DNA from: Octopus vulgaris
Taxonomy: Eukaryota
Direction of reading: 5' to 3'
Assembly (NCBI GenBank): GCA_951406725.2
Contig: OX597821.1
Location: 75,764,001 to 75,828,000, forward strand
Length of the DNA: 64,000 nt
Shown one piece after another: positions 12,808 through 24,370 of this stretch. The notes below the pieces were generated by a model. That model saw nothing but the letters and a program-made list of their open reading frames with translations, was not told the origin of the DNA and ran no database searches. The translations under genes were made by a program, and so were the position numbers. Each line of letters begins with the position of its first letter. Position 1 is the stretch's first letter.

Positions 12808-13260
12808 GAAATAATACATTTCTAAATCTCTCAGAGATTTATACAGTAGTAACACGATAAAGTGGTGGTATGTTGTCAAATTAGTGTGACAGTCCCATGA
12901 AACGGAAGAATACTACTGCTATTTAGCCCTAGGGAGCCCCGCTTCCTGTCGGCCTTGACACATTTCCTGTGTCCTTATGTTTACAAAGGCGGAGATAAGC
13001 ACCTCCACACAGCAAAGCCAGCATCCAGAGACTAGTTTCTGAGTCATTGCTCGTCATCAGTCTGGAGTAGCATGGCTTGCTAGCTGTCGATGCCTATCTG
13101 CCTCTGTAAACATATAATAATTCAAGTGAAATACGTTCACTGATTTCAAATATAGAAATAATACATTTCTAAATCTCTCAGAGTAACACGATAAAATAAT
13201 GGTGTGTTGTCAACTTAATGCGAAAGTCCCATGAAAGGGAAGGTTGTACTTGCTGTGTTT
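12808..13260 (-). mobile_element. Penelope-like/retrozyme-like non-autonomous unit (~347-nt period, about 1.3 copies) containing a hammerhead
   Basis: GAAATAATACATTTCTAAATCTCTCAGAG is identical at 12808 and 13155, followed by ~80 nt of diverged similarity; the hammerhead lies between. Confidence 0.6.
13024..13066 (-). ncRNA. Minimal type-I hammerhead ribozyme motif
   Basis: Minus strand TCCAGA-CTGATGA-cGAGcaatgaCTCa-GAAA-CTAG-TC-TCTGGA: 6-bp stem I, conserved core, palindromic ACTAGT stem III and a GUC cleavage triplet. There is a C-A mismatch at the base of stem II. Confidence 0.75.
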
Positions 13261-15289
13261 CTACCTGGTGTAGAGCTCTTGCCTTTTATTTAAACGTCAC
13301 CAAATTTTTAGAAATACTCTAAAGTTATTTTCAATTAACATCCTAAGACATTTACTATTTTTCGGAAATATATTTATATATAATGTTCTTTCATCTGTTC
13401 TTCACCAATATATACAGCAAATGATATACATTGTGTGATTAACTGTCTTTACCGACGAGGTAAATGGTCACCAAAGCATCGACATCTCTCACGTAAACAT
13501 TTCAGTTATATTTCTATAATACAAAATAGTTGAGATAAAGTCGCTTTAACTTGAAATCTTTATACAACCATGCTATAAAACAGATGCATAAAAGACCGGA
13601 ATGAGATAATTATTGGGGGCCAATACGATGCCATGTGAAGTTAAGAAAAAATATTTAATAATGAAAAGATTGTATATAAAAGATACAATAGATACTACAG
13701 CGGAAGAAATAATTAGAAGTTCTGAAGTACTGCCATTTCTATATATTTGCAATGTAGACTTGAGAAGAAGAACGCTAAATTATGCTTCATTATGTTATAT
13801 TAATGTCTCTTTTTGTCTTTTTCCTGTAAAGGTCTTTCAGCCATCTTAGGTTGGTTTACCGCCAGTGTTTTGCAGAAATTATCTATTTTTTTAATAAAGA
13901 CCTATCAGTTGAGAATAGCATTTCTGGGTTTTTTTTTATGAATGTGCGTGTGGTATGGGGGAGGGGGTGTTAGCATTTATTTCTCTCTACTAAATTTCTT
14001 CTTCACATCATTTTTGTTGGGGATTTTTTCCTGTAAGATAAAAATGTTATTTAACCATTTTCTGGGAATGAAATATAAATAAAAAAAAAGATACAAATAA
14101 CAAAACAAAGGCATGTATTAAGTAACAGAGAAAATGGATTATTAAATGGATGAATAAAAAGAATTAAAAGAAAGCGCATACGAAAATGAGGATTACTTTG
14201 TTATTTCCTCATTTTTTGCTTTCGCTTTTTTTAGGGGGAGAGGTATACGAAAGAAGCAATTTTATTTCTTTAGGTTGCATAAGATAATAACGGAAAAGTG
14301 GAATAACAATTGTGAAGATGGAAAAAACAAAACAGAAAATAAAGCATGATATGTCAAAACGTTCTGTTCCGTATAACAAACAGAATATTTATACACTTGT
14401 TAGCCTGGCTTACAGACAGAATCGAGTCTTCTTACTGGTTGGCCTGATTGCTAGGTCAGGGAAAGTATTTCATCGCAACAGGCAAAAAGAAAATGATTGT
14501 AAGACAACAAGCGAAGGCAATATGACAAGACATTTTTCTCTCTCTGTAAAACGGAACCATGTCGTGTAACACCAGCCGCGAACACAATCTCAAAATTTCA
14601 TCCTTCAGTAGTTTGGAATAGTTTTACAGAAATTCTCTGCTGGAGATTAATCATTTGGTGATTCGAACGAAACTATTTATCAGGTTTTCGCTTAAATTTC
14701 TGTGAAAATTATACGAGTTCTCGGTTTACATACAGCGAGAAAACTAATTGTTGTAATTGGTTTTATAGCTTTAAAAATATAGGCTTTGCCGATTATTTTT
14801 TCTTCTAAATATATCGCGGTTGACACAGAAGAATCTCTAGGAAAAGACAATATTAAAGGAGATATAGACTCAAATGTTTTACCGTAATAATATTGAACTA
14901 CTATGTTCTGAGTTCAAATGATGTCAAATTTGTCTTTTTCTTTAACTGCAGTTAGCTAACTTCCACCATTAATTAAAACAGGATTGTAGTGTCCAATGAC
15001 TCATCTTGTTACCACTTGACCAGGTGACCGTCACAAACATGCAAGGGATCATTAACGGTTTATTTAAATGCATCACAAAAGAACATGTTATTGAAAAATT
15101 CACATCTTGTGACAGGAGAGAAATTGGTTTTAGTTGCAAATCAAGGCCTACATCTGCAGCAAAGACTTTACAGATACCCTAAGTTGCATCTAATAAATAT
15201 TAAAGAAAATAGCAGCCTTAAAAGCATCGTTACACTTGTTTGGGGTTTTTTACGTAGAGAAAGAGGTTCAACGCATATCAATGTGCAAA

Positions 15290-15395
15290 ACGGTGAATTG
15301 GCGGAGTTGTTAGCGCGTAAGACAAAATAACTGGCATAAGAGTTCCGTCAGTTTGCGGTCAGAGTTCAGATCCTGTTGAGGTCGTTGTTACTTTT
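15290..15395 (+). mobile_element. Decayed SINE family A head
   Basis: cggtgaattggcggagttgttagcgcg…agagttcagatcctgttgaggtcg. Confidence 0.6.
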
Positions 15396-17379
15396 ATGTA
15401 TTTATTCTCTCTTTTTTCGAAGTCTTCTTATCCATTTTGGTGTATTGGCAGCGTTTCGTATCGGATGAATTTGGCCTGCTCAGCATCACTCTGGTTGTTT
15501 GCGTTCTGAATTCTTGGGAACTAGATAAAAACTGTTGTACAATTTAATAGTCTGGCGGACTGCAATAGAGTTCAGCCCGTTGCATGCAACCGAGCCAGTC
15601 TGGGAGGCTTTGAAAAATAAACAGAAATTAATGTTATACATTTCCCTAGCTGAATAATGGTATAAAGCCTCCGTTGCTAGTAGCCTCATGATTGAGAGAT
15701 TCCATGGCCGATACGGTGTTGTATGAGAGGACAGAAAATCAAAACACACGCGCACAACTTCACATTCATTCATACACACATATTTATATAAATTTTACAC
15801 TAGCTTAATTTCACAAGACCCTATTTGGAAATTCGGACAGTAACACATCATGAAAGAAAGAAAAAAAATAGACATTTGCTTTTTATTAGAAAAGTTCGTA
15901 GTTGTAGAGAAAGTATACAGTCCCCTAAAATTTCCTCTGTCAGCTGCTTGTAATTCAATTAAGGGCAAATGGATAAAAGCGACGCCAGATCATGTAGTGT
16001 TTAGATCCAGGAAGAATGAGGGGTCTAAGTATAACAGCAATTTAGTTCGACACTTTTCTGGTTTGGCACTGACCATGAAAGTACATTTATACCATCGATA
16101 ACGATAAATCCGTAATGAATTACAAACTGAAATTTCATCTATATTTTACTTTTCTATAGAATTTTATTTGTGTAAGAACTAAAAGTGGAAAGTTTCAAGT
16201 TTTATCAACGTCATCTAATAGCTATTCAAGTTCGAGAAAACAACATTTATAGTCACGATTCCAAATGAATGAGACATCTTTCAGATGATATGTCAAATGT
16301 TGAGTATTTTGCGTTGAGACTCCTCCTCATATTTCGCAACATCCAAAACAATGCTATGAAATTTGAGTCGACCATATATATTTAGTATGGTTAACGTCCA
16401 ATTAACCTCCTAGCTTACAGACGGCATAAAGATCAGCACACACGATGAGAGATGCTTTCAACCTTTGTGAAGCTTAAGTTCCTGAGAAAACTTAATCCTA
16501 GACTATAGCAATTGTCATTGTAGACGAAGTTCAATTGTTTTAACCTCTTGGGTAGACGTTTGAATGAAGTCAGTAACATTTCCTATTGATTCTTAACGCT
16601 GTTTTCTCCCGTGTGGAGATAGTTCAGATCATTGAAATCAGAGGTCATCAACTAATAAACTCACTAATATTTGCCTTACGTTATTTAATTACGGCCATCA
16701 AAGTTTTGACATTAAATTTCAGTTTTTGCCTGTCGTTGTTCAAGAGACTACATCATGTAAACTAGTAATATTTGGAGAATGGTTCAATCGACAACGATCC
16801 TTCTAACAATCAAATTAATATTTACGCAGAAATAGAGACTTAGTTGAAAGAATGTTACCTCAGACAGAATATTCAATAGCATTTAATTTCGGCCTTTTAC
16901 ATTATTGGGCCAAGTATTTCAAGGGCTGATTTTTTACTTTGCAGTCAATAATATTCTGAAGCTATTACTATTACATCCACCCGTTCCACCCTTTCGTACT
17001 ATATTTAATTATCTCACTGCCAACTTGCAACAATTTAAAAGAAATACCAACCACATTATTAACCTTCGGAGGCTGAGCCCGTCTTTGTTGGCTGAGTCGA
17101 AAATAATAAAAAATATATAGAATATGAAATCGGGCGTAGAGGATAGGCATTGTTGCCATACAGTTACAATTATTTCACCTTAAGGGTGTGAGTTGAGTCA
17201 AATAAGACCTCCATTTACAGTTATACCATGACAAGATCAGTAAACTAATCCAAAATCTTGGCCTTATTCTGAATCACGGTTGAAGCCGACTCATTTACTT
17301 TGAGGCGACAGTATTTTTAAGAAAAGGATTAACATAACGAGATGAAGGCAACCTGATATAAAGGGAGATTTGGAATAAA

Positions 17380-17790
17380 ATATTCTTTTCTACTCCTGGC
17401 ACAAGGCCCGAAATTTGGGGGAAGGGGGCCAGTCGATTAGATCGACACCAGTAAATAACTGGTACTTAACTTATCGACGCTGTTAGGATGAAAGGCAAAG
17501 TCGACCACGGTGAAATTTGAACTCAGAAAGTAAAGACAGACGAAATACCTATTTCTATTTCTATACTACCCACAAGGGGCTAAACACAGAGGAGACAAAC
17601 AAGGACAGACAAATGGATTAAGTCGATTACAACGGCCCCAGTGTGTAACTGGTACTTATTTAATCGACCCCGAAAGGATGAAAGGCAAAGTCGATCTTGG
17701 CGGAATTTGAACTCAGAACGTAGTGACAGATGAAATACCGCTAAGCAATTTCGCCTGGCATGCTAACGTTTCTGCCAGCTCGCCGCCTTA
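17380..17790 (-). mobile_element. SINE family A dimer (tail-1 unit followed by a partial tail-2 unit)
   Basis: Full head at ~17790, tail-1 ending near 17550, then GGTATTTCGTC resuming the head of a second copy that ends in tail-2. Confidence 0.92.
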
Positions 17791-18467
17791 TTTGAAATAA
17801 AATATTGTATAGTATTTACTCTAAATCCTTAAATTATTTTGGATCTAATTTCCCTTTCATCTCTCAGAGGTCGATGAAATATTTTCATGTCACTGTGTCA
17901 AAAAAATTCCAAAGAAAGGAATCAGTATTGGCGAGAGCGCATGCACGCTACTTATTTCAGGTTTCACAAAAATTGTGAAGCAGTGATACATGTGGTTAAG
18001 ATATACATATGGAAATTAGAATTCAATTACATCCATAGGTTATGTCTGTTGAACAGTGAACTGATGTCTTCAATTTCTCGAACTTTGTGATCGCCTCCCT
18101 TTTGATATTCATCTTAGAAAATATTAAAAAAGGAAGTTCATGTAACAGAACATTTGTGGTAGTACTTTTTTATTTGAAATTTATGATGATTTCTTAGAAT
18201 TAATCAATGGATTACCCTAATTATCCTATTAAATTGATAATTTTCCCACCCACATATCTATTATCTTCTTCCTCTTTTCCTTCTGTATAAAATCTTTCTT
18301 CTCTCCTGAAATTCTTCTCCTCACATTTTTATTTCATCAAAATCAAATTTATGTTGTTGAATACATAAAAAAATATATATACTTTGATTCAGGACATGTC
18401 ACAAAAGTGTTTCGTTAATGAACGTCTTATCTATAGACTTACATGCATACGTATAGACAGACTGAGC

Positions 18468-18475
<8 letters not shown>

Positions 18476-18551
<76 letters not shown>

Positions 18552-18552
18552 T
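18476..18552. repeat. (GATA)n microsatellite
   Basis: Seen directly. Confidence 0.97.
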
Positions 18553-19104
18553 AAATGTTATATTCAAACATAACGAGTATATTCACGCATACAAATAGAT
18601 TACTCCCAGTTTAATAGACACGTCTGTCATTTAAAGTTTATTTACGTTAAAAAAAAATCTAGAAATAAATTGTCAATGGCCAACTCTGCCATATTGGTCA
18701 ACATGAACTCCTTAAGATGTGATCCACTAAAATGAGAAACAAACAAGAAATAGCACCTGAGAAATTAATATAAAAAATAAAAGGTAAGAATAATCTTCTG
18801 CCTGTACTTAGAGATGTAAACAGTAACGAAATTTTACGGTAATATCCATTGAAGCAAACATTTGGCCAAGCACCTGTGTCAATAAAAGGAACACATACTT
18901 TTGGGGTCAACCGGTGCATTGAAAACACATCAGCCCCACCCACACTCCACCCCCTTTAATGTTCCAACTACGGCGATCAGCGTCACTACAAGCAATTGGA
19001 GTTGCAATTAATGGATCTCTCATAAAGAAAAAAACAATTATCTAGGATACATGTAACACTACTCTGCTACACTGACAATATTTGTCTATCTATCTATCTG
19101 TCTG

Positions 19105-19166
<62 letters not shown>

Positions 19167-19310
19167 CATCTTTCTATCTATATGTCTGTCTATCTCAATC
19201 TCCATTTCTCACTTTCTCTCTGTCTTTCTCTGTATTTCTCTGTGTGTGTGTATGTATATATATGTATGTATGTATGTATATATGTATATGTATAATATGT
19301 ATGTATATGC

Positions 19311-19351
<41 letters not shown>

Positions 19352-19635
19352 CGCGAGCATGTGAAATTATGTATGTATAAATCCATAGGCATGTATGCCT
19401 ATTCGTTGCATATATCCACATGCGTGTGTGTTTATGATGTGGGTGTGTGTGTGTCTGTGTGTGTGTGTGTGTGTGTTCTGTCAGACTGTTTATCCCCGTA
19501 AGCATCTCCAAATATTTGTATGAATGCTTTGTATACGCGCTGCTGGTTACCATGGTATCATAGTAGGTTTGTGATGAATGCAAAGGTGGTGGTGGTGAAG
19601 GCGGCGACGGCGTGCAGTGGTTTCGACGGCGACGG

Positions 19636-19760
19636 TGGTGGTGATGGTGGTGGTGGTGGTGGTGATGGTGGTGGTGGTGGTGGTGGTGGTGGTGGTGGTG
19701 GTGGTGGTGGTGGTGATGGTGGTGGTGGTGGTGGTGGTGGTGGTGGTGTTGGCGGTGGTT
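19636..19760. repeat. (GGT)n microsatellite
   Basis: Seen directly; explains the poly-Gly ORF. Confidence 0.97.
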
Positions 19761-20060
19761 TTGTTTAAGTTTTAAGTGGTCGTGTTTGTAAAGATGGTGT
19801 TCGCTGTTGATTATGAAGAGGTGTTAAGATAGAGTGTGGAAGGAAGTGTGACATGTTTGTTAAGGTTAAGGCCTCCGTCGCATTGACCGAGCCAAAGGCT
19901 ACACGGAGTCCTAACTATCAAGGTATACTTTACTTGACCATCTGTTTATTTACCTGGTCAGAAAGATGTTTCTACGACAAACAAGTTAGAATTGAACCAG
20001 CGCCTTATTGCATGGCTAATGATAAAATACGTGTTGTGCATTAACAGAAAATACACACGC

Positions 20061-20115
<55 letters not shown>

Positions 20116-20424
20116 CTGTGGGAAGGAGACTACGATATTTACTTTCACCTTTAACAATATCACTAAGTCAGTGGACTGTGATAATATTTCACGATGATAT
20201 GAAAGCTACGGTATTATCTGGGTCCTATTTTATCGTTTTTGTCACACTCTGATTCACGACAAGGGAGATTAATCGATGAGCAAAAATTACAGGATACGCC
20301 TGTCTGGAATGTAGCGGCGGTTGCTCACACAATACTAATATACCGTATTTTAACGTAAGGAACCCATTTTTGTCAAAAATTATGTTTAAAAATATGTGAG
20401 TTTCTTATACATGGAAGTATTACA

Positions 20425-21783
20425 GGATCTTTTCCTTTTGATAGCCAGATTTCAACACAATTTCTAGTTAACTAAACAATTTGAAACTTCGTATACTGGT
20501 AGAATGTGTCAAAAGAAAACATTATTTTCACTTGGGTTTTTTGATAAATTTGTAATTTGTAAGTTTAACGTAGTTTAATTCTTCGAATTTTAACCAATGA
20601 ATCGCCAGTATTTGAGCTGAAATCATTTGCTGCGTCTAAAAACTGAGACATCCTGGTTACTGTTATGTAAACAGCGCACACACACGTGTTATTCATCCTT
20701 CTCTCTTCTGTCTGTCTCGTCTGTCTCGCTCTTTAGTCATCCGCACACATAAATGTTATACATACATGTGTGCATGCGCACATGTTTATATATTTATTAG
20801 TAAATTTCTTCTTTACGATTATTAGTAAATTCACGTTTATTTATCAATATCGATAACGAATTACTGCCGTTGTTTAGACCGGCCCCAGTACGTAACTGGT
20901 ACTTAATTTATCCCTAACTCTAACCCTAACCGCTAACCCTAAACCTAACCCTAAACCTAACCCCTAACCCTGAACCTAACCCCTAATCCTAAACCTAACC
21001 AAAACTAGCGACCGATGCCGGAAGGCTGTCACGAGATAGGGTAGGGTTAGGGTTAGGGGTTAGGCTTAGGGTAGGGTTAGGGATAAATTAAGTACCAGTT
21101 ACGCACGCACGCACTGGTGTCGATAGAGCCCCTTGCCGGACAAATTTACACAAAAGGTAAATAAACCAGAAATGGGGGATGGATGTTTCATCGTTTTGGG
21201 GTCGATATATTAAGTACCATTTACTCACTGGTGTCGAGGATTTTTTTCCGAATTTATATCACAGCCTCCGACAAGCTGGGGCATCCTTTTATGAAAAAAT
21301 ATTTCGCAAATTTTTACAATCCGACCCACACTCCACGCGCACCCTCATATCCCACTCTAGACCAATTTAGGCATATTATTGTTTTGTTTTTGTTGTTTTT
21401 GGCCCTTCAAAACCATGAGAGAAGCCTTTTTGGTAAAAATAAATAAAGAAAATATTCAAAAAATATCGTTAATATTTTTATTGGGCGACGAAATTCATCG
21501 ATTTAAGAGATATGGCTGTTATTTCTAGTACATGCCAACACAACCCTCCTCGTTTGTTTATCAATATCGATAACGCAGCAAATGATTTCAGCTCGAAAGA
21601 GAGCATAGGATTGGTTAAAATTCGAAAAATTACACTACGTTAAACAAACGAATCACAAATTTATCAAAAAAGCCAAGTGAAAATAATGTTTTCTTTTGAC
21701 ATATTCTACCAGTATACGAAGTTTTAAAGTGTTTAGTTAACTAGAAATCGTGTTGAAATCTGGCTATCAAAAGGAAAAGATCC
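20425..21783. mobile_element. Non-autonomous DNA transposon with ~210-bp TIRs and 8-bp TSD (Merlin-like by GG termini)
   Basis: GGATCTTTTCCTTTTGATAGCCAGATTTCAACAC… and …GTGTTGAAATCTGGCTATCAAAAGGAAAAGATCC; flanks GTATTACA / GTATTATA. Superfamily assignment is inference. Confidence 0.88.
20912..21082. repeat. Degenerate telomere-like (CCCTAA)n, ~36-bp spacer, then (TTAGGG)n
   Basis: CCCTAA/CCTAA units at 20912-21000; TTAGGG/TAGGG units at 21037-21082. Confidence 0.9.
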
Positions 21784-22195
21784 GTATTATAATCTCTTAC
21801 AAAACCCTTTTTCCAAATTTTAAGCCCCTAAAATTAAGGGGTTCCTAATACACGTTAAAATACAGCACAAATTCATTATATATATATAAGCTCACTAAGT
21901 TCATACCAAATATTCATGATCTACACAGTTCTCCTACTTTTTGCTTCAATGGACTACACTACAAAAATGATGCTGACTTACACCAAAATGAACTCATCTA
22001 ATGTGGTCTAAATGTTCCTTTGAGGAATACAAATTTGTTGGAGATGCTATTTGTGTTATCAACGTTCTGGCTGTTCTATTTAGCATACCGTGTTTGCATC
22101 GAATTTGCTACATTCGTTTGGTGAAGCCAAGAAAATTCTAATAGAAGTGATATGAAATTCAATGCTTTGAGACGACAGACGTTAATGCTTGTTGT

Positions 22196-22400
22196 TAAGG
22201 CGGAAAACTGGCAGAATATTTAGCACGCCGGGAAAAATGTTGAATGCCATTTGATCTGCCTTTACGTTCTAAGTTCCAATTCTGCCGGAATCGATTTTGT
22301 CTTTCATCTTTTCCGGATCGATAAAGCAAGTACCAGCTGAATACTGGTGTCGATATCATCGCTTTGCTTCTTCCCTGACCTTGCTCACCCTGTTTCAATA
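22196..22400 (+). mobile_element. SINE family A, diverged
   Basis: taaggcggaaaactggcagaatatttagcacgccgg head and core tctttcatcttttccggatcgataaagcaagtaccag. Confidence 0.85.
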
Positions 22401-23264
22401 TTTCGAACCGGTTTTAAGTATTATTGTTTCTGTTTAGACCCAACTAAGTAGATATGTTGCCATAGATGTCTAACTGAAGCCATCAAATTTTCTTTCAGCA
22501 AAATATTTCCAACATAGGATACGACTGCTGGACGGTAGTGTAATGGTGATGAGGGAACCTTATACAAGATATTTCTGTATTTGATACTATCTGTTGCTAG
22601 AAACACGGAATTATAAACAAAAATAATTTTTTTTTTCTGTAGATAATGATATCACACTTGAGATACAAAAACAGGTCTTTTATTTACACCAGTCTTTTGG
22701 AAGCTTTCATGGCGTAATTAGGAGAATTTTTTTTTCTTTCACAGAAAATTACACTAGAGACGAGGGATTATATCCATCGTTTGGTATTTTCTCATTTCCT
22801 GATTAGCAATTTATCTTGACGAAATTCCTATCAGCTATCAGCTGGTTAAAGAGACAGACATGCCCTGCATACTTCAAGTTACTTCAGTTGAAAATGTCAA
22901 AATGACAAATTGATAGTAATGCCCAAGCTCCTCTTATCTGTTTGCTGGAACAGTGTGAGACTCAAAAGGATTTGAGTTGAGATGGGTGGAGTTAAGCGCA
23001 ATAGGCACATTTCAGAGCCGTGTTTCGTGTTTGTTGAGCAACGGTGTGTTATGACTCTTTCTGATATTTTGTAATCCGCTAAAGTTTGATAGTTTGGAAA
23101 AAGTAAGGTTTTCAAAAATTAGCGTAAAGAAGTCAATAAAATGTAAATATATGTAATTATAAATAGAAGACAACATAAATGAAAATAAGAAAGATAAATT
23201 TAACGAGCAACATTTAAGATAAACATTAAAATAGAAGACTAAGGGAAGATCGTGATACAGAGGA

Positions 23265-23320
<56 letters not shown>

Positions 23321-23525
23321 TTTAGAAAGGAGAAGTGAGGGTGTGAAGTGGTGGGAAGCAGCAGAGAGTGGTTACTGGAAAAGGGACTAAAAATAAGTTG
23401 CATTTTGGAAAATGGTTCCTTATAGTATCCTATATATGTATATAGAACATACAAATGCATCAATGCATAAATACATACATATATACGCTCATAAATGTAT
23501 ACAAACATACATAAGAAAATATATC

Positions 23526-23564
<39 letters not shown>

Positions 23565-24149
23565 CGGGAAGCTTTATGAAAATAAACAAAAGACGAAGGC
23601 AGGTTGAAGACCTCGATATTATGTAAATAGAGGAATTTACCTGTGAAATAATATGTGATAATTATTCGGATACTTTATCTGTAAAATAATATGTGATAAT
23701 TTATTCGGATATTTTTTTTCCTTTCAATTCCACATTGCTCTTCCTTCCACCCACCCAAACCAACCTCCCACATCCCCTTAAAATAGAAAATAGCCTTTTA
23801 CGACAAAATGGTGAAACAGGTCAGTATAATCTCAAATTCTTTGTAAACTCCTAAATACCTCTCCTTCTGCGTATATATATATACCACGAAATATGACCTT
23901 TTTGAACTTATAATTTTCTGTGTATATATATATAGAGATACTTCCAAACGAGCATGATTTTTTAATGAAATCATAATATTTTTATGAACTTTTTAATATT
24001 TTCTCAAGATTTTTCTTGTAAACTGTTTTTTAACTTTTTCTTATTATTATCAAAGAATGTATATATGCCTTGTAATTTTTTGTGACAACCAGTACTTAAC
24101 ACAACAAAGCTTTTACAAAGCTTTCACATTTTACATTTGACATTTTATA

Positions 24150-24370
24150 TTTGTATGTCTGTGTTTGTCCCCTCCCCCATCGCTTGACAACCTATCTTGG
24201 AGTATTTACGTCCCTGTAACTTACCGTTTCGGCAAGGGAGACCGATAGAATAAGTACTAGGCTTACAAATAATAAGTTCTGTGGTCAATTTGTTCGACTA
24301 AATGAGATGCTCCAGCATGGCCACAGTCAAATGACTGAAACAAGTAAAAGAATAAAAGAATAAAAGAAAT
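24150..24370 (+). mobile_element. SINE family B, 3' half
   Basis: catcgcttgacaacc…gatagaataagtactaggcttac…ctccagcatggccacagtcaaatgactgaaacaagtaaaagaataaaag. Confidence 0.9.

Larger units (their letters stand above)
20343..21865. mobile_element. Older Tc/mariner-type (CCGTA-ended) MITE, split by the 20425-21783 insertion
   Basis: Left TA|CCGTATTTTAACGT..AAGGAACCC is the inverted match of right GGGTTCCTAATACACGTTAAAATACAG. Confidence 0.6.

Noticed and set aside
19520-19768. Glycine-rich protein ORF
   Set aside because: Explained by the (GGT)n microsatellite.
20912-21082. True telomere or chromosome fusion site
   Set aside because: Short, degenerate, inside a TIR element, and oriented opposite to an end-to-end fusion.
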